From the IMG/VR virus record IMGVR_UViG_3300033417_000017, positions 1 through 44,409 of that record: a stretch of DNA of 44,409 nt; one strand, given 5' to 3'. How positions within the stretch are numbered: the first letter of the stretch is position 1; each line of letters begins with the position of its first letter. The notes under the pieces are model-generated. The model had not been told where the DNA came from and did no database searches. It saw nothing but the letters and a program-made list of their open reading frames with translations. The position numbers were made by a program, and so were the translations under genes. The stretch is from a virus. Below, piece by piece: positions 38,823 to 44,409 of the stretch.

Positions 38823-39656
38823 TTAGCGCTTGCCGCGCGTGAGCTTTTTGCTGGACGCAGTAGGCTTGCGCGCCACGTCATCTTCCGCTTCAAACACGAC
38901 GTAAGGGAAGTCAATGCTTTCGTGCAATTTGCGGTAACGCTCCATAAGCGCCGGGATAAGTTCATCGCTTACTGGCTCGATCAGCTCGAAGTTTGTCTTG
39001 AACTGGCTCTTGGGATCGGGCGTCATATAAATGCGGGTATAGACCGCAAATAGCGGCTTGTTGAACTGCTCAGCAATATCGCGGACGTAAGCGTCAAAAC
39101 CCTTGCCACTCATAACCGGAACCTTGAGAAAAGCTTCTTCGCAGGTGCGGAAGTGTTCCGGGTCGTCGATAAGCGAAAGTTCAAAGCCGCCGCCGCGCCC
39201 CGCGCTGGTATAGGTGCCAGCAGGCAGGCAGGCCAGTCTGCGCCGGTTGCTACACGCTTTGCCGCGCCCGCGCTCAGCGCTACCCCACTCGTTTTGAGGA
39301 CAGGGCTTGCAAGTGTCTGACTGGCGCTCAAAAGCATCTTCCTTATCTACGGCCTCATGCGGAGCCATTTCATCTTTCTCTTCGGGGTTCTTGCAGAACG
39401 CGAAGCAAGTTGGCGGAGTGCGGTTGTCGGCGTCGAACGCTTCGGCATAGTACACGTTTTCAAGGCACCACGCGCCGATGATCACAGCCATCTGGTTGCC
39501 CGGTAGCGCCGCGTCGTCAAACTGCAACACGCCTGCCCGCGTACTGAAAAACCTGCCACCCCCGCCAGAGTCTGTAAGGGTAGCTGACTTGCCCGCCAGC
39601 TTGGCGAGCTCATCATCATAGTTGGCGACTTGCGTGCCGGGTTTCTTAGCTGCCAT
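38823..39656 (-). CDS. Hypothetical replication-module protein with a central Cys-rich motif
   Basis: 277 aa; ...PPTCFAFCKN...CKPCPQNEWGSAERGRGKACSNRRRLAC... Lies between the ligase and polymerase genes. An ssDNA-binding role is only a positional guess. Confidence 0.75.
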   Translation of the reverse strand: MAAKKPGTQVANYDDELAKLAGKSATLTDSGGGGRFFSTRAGVLQFDDAALPGNQMAVIIGAWCLENVYYAEAFDADNRTPPTCFAFCKNPEEKDEMAPHEAVDKEDAFERQSDTCKPCPQNEWGSAERGRGKACSNRRRLACLPAGTYTSAGRGGGFELSLIDDPEHFRTCEEAFLKVPVMSGKGFDAYVRDIAEQFNKPLFAVYTRIYMTPDPKSQFKTNFELIEPVSDELIPALMERYRKLHESIDFPYVVFEAEDDVARKPTASSKKLTRGKR

Positions 39657-39680
39657 GTTAATCGTCCTTATTAGTTGGAA

Positions 39681-40139
39681 TTAAACCTTCGTCACTGAGA
39701 GCTTCTTCGCCTGGAACGTTCCCACGCCGGGGACTACCTTACCCGCGTCAAAACGTTCCTTCACCGCGACGCGGTTGAGCGCGCGGTTCAACAGGTCAAA
39801 GCCGCTTGTTTTCTTAACGTGCGCGTACAGCGCATCCCAATCTTCGACGACTGGAATAGTTTCGCGAATGATAACGCCCTTGTAGCGCTTACCGACCACG
39901 CCACCCTCATTGGCGGAGACGCTTTCGATCACATGCCCGAGAATGGCTTTTTCGTAGGTCTCTATTTCGCTGGCCACCCTGTTAAGCGCAAGGCGCGCTT
40001 CGCGGACGTCGTGGTATTCATCCACGAGGCCGCCCAGCTTGGTTTTGGGGAATTTAGCCCTGAGCGTTGGGAGACCGAATATCTTCAGTCCCAGCACTCC
40101 TGCCGCCTTCACAGCGGCCTTCAACTTGTCACTCATCAC
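39681..40139 (-). CDS. Hypothetical protein (152 aa)
   Basis: Track ORF with AAGGAACAAG upstream. Confidence 0.75.
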   Translation of the reverse strand: MMSDKLKAAVKAAGVLGLKIFGLPTLRAKFPKTKLGGLVDEYHDVREARLALNRVASEIETYEKAILGHVIESVSANEGGVVGKRYKGVIIRETIPVVEDWDALYAHVKKTSGFDLLNRALNRVAVKERFDAGKVVPGVGTFQAKKLSVTKV

Positions 40140-40252
40140 TTGTTCCTTAGTTAACTTGTGAACTTGGAAGGCGCAGCCTGCCCGGGATCGCGGGGAAGCG
40201 GTTAAAGCAAGCTGCGCCCAACGGCCCTTGTACCATAGTAATGGCAGAGGCG

Positions 40253-41125
40253 CTATAGGTCAGTACGCGGCCCCTTGTACACCGGGAACCGGGGCTTGTC
40301 CTTAACTCCTACGGGCATGGACTTGTACTTCACAGTAGCGCCTATCCATTTATTGGCATCTTTCCAGATATCGATCCTCTCATCATCTGTGAACCCTGTA
40401 CCGATGTCGAATTCAACGCCGGTCTGCGTGTCGCGAACCTTCAACGCGCCAAGCGTACCCATGGGGATCATGTTCTCTTTGTGGGAAGAGCGCTCTGTTC
40501 TGCCGAGAGCATCCTTCTTAGCTTCGTTGGCGTTGTGCATCCGCTCTTCAAGGCTGAGTATCACCGCCTCGCCATCTACAAAGCGCTTCAGCTTCCACAA
40601 CCCACCCTCGCGCAAGGTGGAGCGCCCAGATTTGTAATAGCCCAGCGGGTCACGACCCATGATGCCCTCGTAACCTTCTTCGAACTTGGCTTCTTCGTAC
40701 GTCTGCACTTCGTCGACAGAACGCATTATATTGTGCGCGACGATCTTAATACGAGGATGATCCAGCTTCTTTAAGAACATGCCCGTCGTTAACAGACGCG
40801 GTTCAAATGGCGCTCGTTCATGGTACTGGTCAAACACCCAGAACGTCCAATCCGGCTCTCCATCGTGCGACATAATACCGGAGTTCGTCGCCCGGTAACA
40901 ATCTGGCGCAGTGGGGGAGCCGACAATTAACTCTCCGTCGAGCGGGGGCAGCTTCAACCCCCGCAGCGCATTGAACACGACCCGATTAGGAATGTGCTTG
41001 AAGTTGCGCGTAACGGGGACGCCGTTCAATATCAGGCATCTAATGCCGTCTAGCTTGGGGCTGAGCAGAACGGGAAACTTAATCGCGTCCATGTCCTCCA
41101 AGGTTGCTGATAGCATTGGTCTCAT
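40253..41125 (-). CDS. ATP-dependent DNA ligase
   Basis: 290 aa; SPKLDGIRCL (motif I KxDGxR), LDGELIV (motif III), YEGIMGR (motif IV) and GLWKLKR (motif V). Confidence 0.9.
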   Translation of the reverse strand: MRPMLSATLEDMDAIKFPVLLSPKLDGIRCLILNGVPVTRNFKHIPNRVVFNALRGLKLPPLDGELIVGSPTAPDCYRATNSGIMSHDGEPDWTFWVFDQYHERAPFEPRLLTTGMFLKKLDHPRIKIVAHNIMRSVDEVQTYEEAKFEEGYEGIMGRDPLGYYKSGRSTLREGGLWKLKRFVDGEAVILSLEERMHNANEAKKDALGRTERSSHKENMIPMGTLGALKVRDTQTGVEFDIGTGFTDDERIDIWKDANKWIGATVKYKSMPVGVKDKPRFPVYKGPRTDL

Positions 41126-41127
41126 AA

Positions 41128-41484
41128 CTACTCTCCTTTTTCGTGCTCACTATCTAAGTCACCAGTGCCCCGGCACGCGCCGCACTGTACGCGCAGCGCC
41201 CGCCACGCTCTCTGCTGCATGACGAAGCCCTTACCATCGCAGACAAGGCACTTTGTTCCCGCGCCGGGGCTGGGCTTGGGCTCTGGGTTGCGCTCTATCC
41301 ACGCCAGTAGGATGCACTTGGCGCGGTCGATGGCGACGAAGGCTTCTAAGCTTCCGCCTTGGTCTGGATGCGCTAACTTCGCAAGCTTCCGATACGCGCT
41401 GGCGACACCCTCGGCGTCAAACTCAGGAAACTTAAGATTAAGTTCCCGCGCAGCGTCGCGCGCCGTGTTCTCAGTGACAGTCAC
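41128..41484 (-). CDS. J-domain (DnaJ-like) protein with a CxxCxGxG zinc finger
   Basis: 118 aa; AYRKLAKLAHPDQGGS (HPD motif), CLVCDGKG and CGACRGTG. Confidence 0.85.
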   Translation of the reverse strand: MTVTENTARDAARELNLKFPEFDAEGVASAYRKLAKLAHPDQGGSLEAFVAIDRAKCILLAWIERNPEPKPSPGAGTKCLVCDGKGFVMQQRAWRALRVQCGACRGTGDLDSEHEKGE

Positions 41485-43520
41485 TTCTTAATGCCCACGG
41501 GCTTAAGCTTCAAGTTAGCCAGCATCTTCTTAGTGTCTTTGCAACGCCGCCACGTATCTACATTGCGAACAGCGAAGAAGCGTTCCATCTTGCCAGACGG
41601 CCCTAGCAGTGGCCTTCCGTCACTCACTTGCGCAAACCCAGAGTTGCTGAGCTGCCTACCCAATCCTACCGCCGTAACGCGGCTATTGGGGTGATCGCGC
41701 TCGTACATATTCAATAGCTCACGGCTACTGAACAGGTCGCGCGTATGGCGCATGTCCCCCATCACGAGAATTTGGTCAGGGAATTGTTTCAGTTCCGCTA
41801 CCCATGCTCCGGCATCACCTTTAGCGGCTGCGATCATGCGTTCTTTGGCGAACGTTCTGGGCGCGGGCGCGTTTGGATTAAACTTCTCGCTTATCTTTCG
41901 TTTGAGTAGCCAGTCCATAAGATGACTAGCCCCGTCTCCCTTGTACCAAGCGTCGTACTCTGCGTAGAACGCATCATCTAGTGGATCGCCGACAACTTCA
42001 ACAACCAAGAATCTGCGGTCCTTGTCCTCTAAGAAGAAGCTGTCTCCATGCTGCGATGTAAAGAGGAAGTTCATGCAATTAGGTAGAGAGTACTGCGGAA
42101 CGAACTTTATGTTTATGTCTATCTCTGACTTGGTAATCAGCCGCTTAAGAACGTTCATGTAGGCGCGGTTATCCTTGCCGGTTATTTCGTCGCCTAGAAT
42201 AAATTGCTTGTTCTCCGCCCAATATGATTCTTCAAGATCGGCATCTGCTATTTCCTTGAAGTTTTCGCCGTATATCTTGCCGAGTGTGTAGCCTACTAGC
42301 GTCTTGCCGGTGCCCTGCGCCAGCCCGTGAATAACTGGCGCGACGAACATTTTCGCGCCGGGGTTCTGTACAGGATAAGCGCACCAGTCATAGAAATACT
42401 CAAGAACGTCTTGTCCAGCATCTTCAAATATGAATTGCGTTAGTCTTAGCCACGGCTTTACGGGGCCGCGCAGTGGCGTTGTTCCCCATCCGGGCCATTG
42501 GTTTAGCTTGTTGTCCGCCGTCACCACTGGCAACCCCGGCGCGTAGGTAAGCTTGCGTACACTGCGGCGCAGCGGCCAGCGGAGCCACGCGGGGGCGGCA
42601 GGCGCTTTCTCGCGCACAAGGTCGCCCTTGGCCCCGACCGTGGTTTCTGTGGCGCTGGCGGTGGCCCAGCGGCTATGCCCCTTGAACATGTCGGCGTTCA
42701 TCTTCTGCCCCGTTTCCTCCACCACTATTAGACCGGGGTCTTCGACGTACACAACTTCTTTATTTATGTCCCATAGGGCGCGCGTCAGCCCTAACGACTC
42801 CGCGGTCGACAACAAGTCTCTTAGTTCATCGGCAGTGTGCGCCAGCAAGTAGTCGTCAAGGCCGACCTTTGCCCCTTCCTCCCCTTCCGGCAGCGCCAGA
42901 ATCCTTATGTGCGCTCCGCGCTCTTGTAGTTCCTCACAGAGCGCATTAATGGCGAGACACACGTTTGACTTACTTAGATAGTCACTGTCAAAACATACGA
43001 AGACAGTACGCTGCGGCCATTTGAACGCGGCCAGCTCTGGCAGAAACCACGTCCCATCTTTACTAGACCTAAAATTCCACACTCCGCCCAGCCCAATGGT
43101 CGGGAACCCGGCAGCGCAGGCGGCAGCCGCTTTTAGCTCACCTTCTGTTATGATTATGTCGTGACCCGGATCTTTGTGAATGGCTGGCCAGTTACCAGTT
43201 GTGGGAATGTAAGCGCATACACCTGAATTGAAAGGCTGCGCATAGCGCTGATCTTTTGCCCCCGCCGCTTCTGCGAAGCCGAAGTTCTTATCCAAGTACC
43301 TTACGCGGTAGAAGTTCGGCCAGTGTGGGTGACTAGCCATTGGCTTTTTGTCTATGCCAAAGTACGGTATTACCAACGCGCGCCGCGCTTGGAACGCCTT
43401 GTCGAGAACGGCGGCGCTAGGCACTTCGTACATGCCTAGCGCGGTCCCCTGTGAACTCGTCAGGCCGCTGCTGAGCAGCTTCTCCTTGCCTAACGTAGTC
43501 CACTCTCCGCGCTTTGTCAT
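41481..43520 (-). CDS. Bifunctional primase-helicase (Toprim N-domain + SF3/D5-like P-loop NTPase)
   Basis: 679 aa; IIITEGELKAAA (Toprim Glu), VFVCFDSDY (DxD), GLDDYL, Walker A HGLAQGTGKT and Walker B RFLVVEV. Confidence 0.9.
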   Translation of the reverse strand: MTKRGEWTTLGKEKLLSSGLTSSQGTALGMYEVPSAAVLDKAFQARRALVIPYFGIDKKPMASHPHWPNFYRVRYLDKNFGFAEAAGAKDQRYAQPFNSGVCAYIPTTGNWPAIHKDPGHDIIITEGELKAAAACAAGFPTIGLGGVWNFRSSKDGTWFLPELAAFKWPQRTVFVCFDSDYLSKSNVCLAINALCEELQERGAHIRILALPEGEEGAKVGLDDYLLAHTADELRDLLSTAESLGLTRALWDINKEVVYVEDPGLIVVEETGQKMNADMFKGHSRWATASATETTVGAKGDLVREKAPAAPAWLRWPLRRSVRKLTYAPGLPVVTADNKLNQWPGWGTTPLRGPVKPWLRLTQFIFEDAGQDVLEYFYDWCAYPVQNPGAKMFVAPVIHGLAQGTGKTLVGYTLGKIYGENFKEIADADLEESYWAENKQFILGDEITGKDNRAYMNVLKRLITKSEIDINIKFVPQYSLPNCMNFLFTSQHGDSFFLEDKDRRFLVVEVVGDPLDDAFYAEYDAWYKGDGASHLMDWLLKRKISEKFNPNAPAPRTFAKERMIAAAKGDAGAWVAELKQFPDQILVMGDMRHTRDLFSSRELLNMYERDHPNSRVTAVGLGRQLSNSGFAQVSDGRPLLGPSGKMERFFAVRNVDTWRRCKDTKKMLANLKLKPVGIKK

Positions 43521-43534
43521 GCTGTCCCGCCGTA

Positions 43535-43571
43535 TGAGAACAAGAACCGCCCACGCTTAATGCGTGGGCGG
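43535..43571 (-). terminator. Intrinsic terminator between the junction-spanning ORF and the primase-helicase gene
   Basis: On the minus strand CCGCCCACGC-ATTAA-GCGTGGGCGG (perfect 10-bp stem, 43547-43571) is followed by TTCTTGTTCTC. Confidence 0.7.
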
Positions 43572-43590
43572 GGCAGCCCTAAGCAGTAAC

Positions 43591-44280
43591 CTAACGCAGC
43601 GCTGATGGCAAGCCGTGCCTGCGCAGCGCATCGTAGGGCGCGCCGAGCAGGTCCGGGGCGTAGTGGGTTATACCAGCGGCGCTATGGTCTCTGTGATTAA
43701 TCCCCAGCCCCTCCTGAACACATTCGAACTGAGCGCAGTCGTCGCACCAGAACACGCGGCCCAGCATCCACACGCGCGTTTCTTCATTGAACTGCGCTCC
43801 TATGTAGATCTTGTGCGGCTCTACAGGAGAGCCGCTGAAAACTTCGCGCCACTGAGCAGTTCTCGTCTTCTCATGAACGCGGTAGTAGGATGGCTCCGTT
43901 AGCATTCTCTGGCCGCAATCCAAGCAATAGCGACGTCCACCTGTAGTCTCATCTTGGTTGTTGTGCAAGCAATCCATCTCACCCTCCCCTCGCCCAAGGC
44001 CGCGGATGGCAGCGGCGACGATCAAAGCGGCAGTAGCGAAGTTTTCAAAGCCGCCAGCATTTTGCCGCTTGGCCCGGTGGTTGTCCGCCACCTTCGCACA
44101 CCGCTCCCGCTCAGCCGCCAGCCTGCCGGGGAGATCGATGGCGGTGAGGGCGGAGATTGTCGCGCGAAGGGCGGTCGCCAGCTTCTCGGCCTGATAAACT
44201 ACCTCATCAGCTTGATCGTCGTTGTATTTCGTCCAATTGGCAAGCGCTAACTGGCCTTGGGTTACCTCTTCGCGCGCCAC
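43591..44280 (-). CDS. C-terminal part of the junction-spanning Cys-rich ORF (or an independent gene starting at GTG 44280)
   Basis: The protein-like reading VAREEVTQGQLALANWTKYNDDQADEVVYQAEKLA...CLDCGQRM...FWCDDCAQFEC starts directly after the G12 tract. Upstream of the tract, the track ORF (to 44388) reads W/R/T-rich junk. Confidence 0.7.
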   Translation of the reverse strand: MAREEVTQGQLALANWTKYNDDQADEVVYQAEKLATALRATISALTAIDLPGRLAAERERCAKVADNHRAKRQNAGGFENFATAALIVAAAIRGLGRGEGEMDCLHNNQDETTGGRRYCLDCGQRMLTEPSYYRVHEKTRTAQWREVFSGSPVEPHKIYIGAQFNEETRVWMLGRVFWCDDCAQFECVQEGLGINHRDHSAAGITHYAPDLLGAPYDALRRHGLPSALR

Positions 44281-44282
44281 GA

Positions 44283-44409
44283 CCCCCCCCCCCCACCAAA
44301 CCCCCGTCCAGCGGGGGTGGCTTGGCCATCTTGCGGATCGCTTCCATCTGCTCATCGCTGATTTCGTCGTTGTAGTCGGGAAGGTCATGCTCCATAGATT
44401 TGCGGTTCG
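44283..44409. repeat. Second copy of the terminal overlap (= 1..127)
   Basis: Exact identity read directly. Confidence 0.95.

Noticed and set aside
1-44409. Alternative genetic code (TGA reassignment), prompted by the in-frame TGA at 2118-2120
   Set aside because: Most genes terminate cleanly, often at TGA within ATGA/GTGA overlaps with the next start, and no recognisable enzyme is interrupted by an in-frame TGA. The standard code fits the whole genome.
1-44409. Lysogeny module, single-subunit RNA polymerase, tRNA genes, or a diversity-generating retroelement near the tail-fibre genes
   Set aside because: I saw no integrase, recombinase, repressor-like HTH or reverse transcriptase, no ~800-900-aa RNA polymerase ORF, and no tRNA-like cloverleaf signature (T-loop GGTTCGAATCC type) when reading the intergenic regions. 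Their absence is based on visual inspection only.

Overview
The window is a complete, circularly closed dsDNA phage genome. It is 44,409 nt long, and bases 1-127 are repeated exactly at 44283-44409, so the unique length is 44,282 bp.

Layout: two divergent transcription arms leave an ~860-bp, visibly AT-rich, repeat-laden control region (7079-7946). The arms converge, with overlapping gene ends, at 28576-28614.

Rightward arm (7837-28614):
- possible small terminase and a large terminase
- a 725-aa portal with a Q/M/A-rich C-terminal coiled coil
- an acidic scaffold and a 437-aa coat protein
- about 7 tail/virion proteins, and a small protein with an S74-type chaperone motif
- two large internal/ejection proteins, one with an SLT motif
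- an M15 endolysin and an overlapped i-/o-spanin pair

This fits a short-tailed virion; the head module looks P22-like by gene order and sizes only. I did not recognise a tape measure, sheath, integrase, repressor, phage RNA polymerase, tRNA or CRISPR.

Leftward arm (7078 down to 1, wrapping to 44282 down to 28576):
- about 25 small early genes, including a Lar-like restriction-alleviation protein, an Ala-rich tandem-repeat protein and an AK-rich H1-like protein
- Toprim/SF3 primase-helicase, J-domain protein, ATP-dependent ligase and family-A DNA polymerase
- PD-(D/E)XK nuclease, DEDDh exonuclease, VRR-NUC nuclease and SNF2 helicase
- a second AK-rich paralog, then a terminal five-gene nucleotide-metabolism island

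Most interesting observations:
1. The island at 28576-32274 holds DUF3310, an HD nucleotidase, a ThyA-family enzyme, an aGPT-Pplase-like protein and a GT-A glycosyltransferase-like protein. It looks like a pyrimidine/thymidine DNA hypermodification pathway whose enzyme combination does not match the pathways I know.
2. A G12/C12 homopolymer sits exactly at the assembly junction and splits a ~400-aa Cys-rich ORF into two frames.
3. A ~200-bp array of degenerate 24-nt (2 x 12-nt) repeats lies in the divergent control region.
4. A 40-nt palindromic insertion frameshifts an early gene.
5. The early region contains several RNA-hairpin and inverted-repeat architectures.

All functional calls come from motif recognition by eye. 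No database, HMM or folding computation was run.
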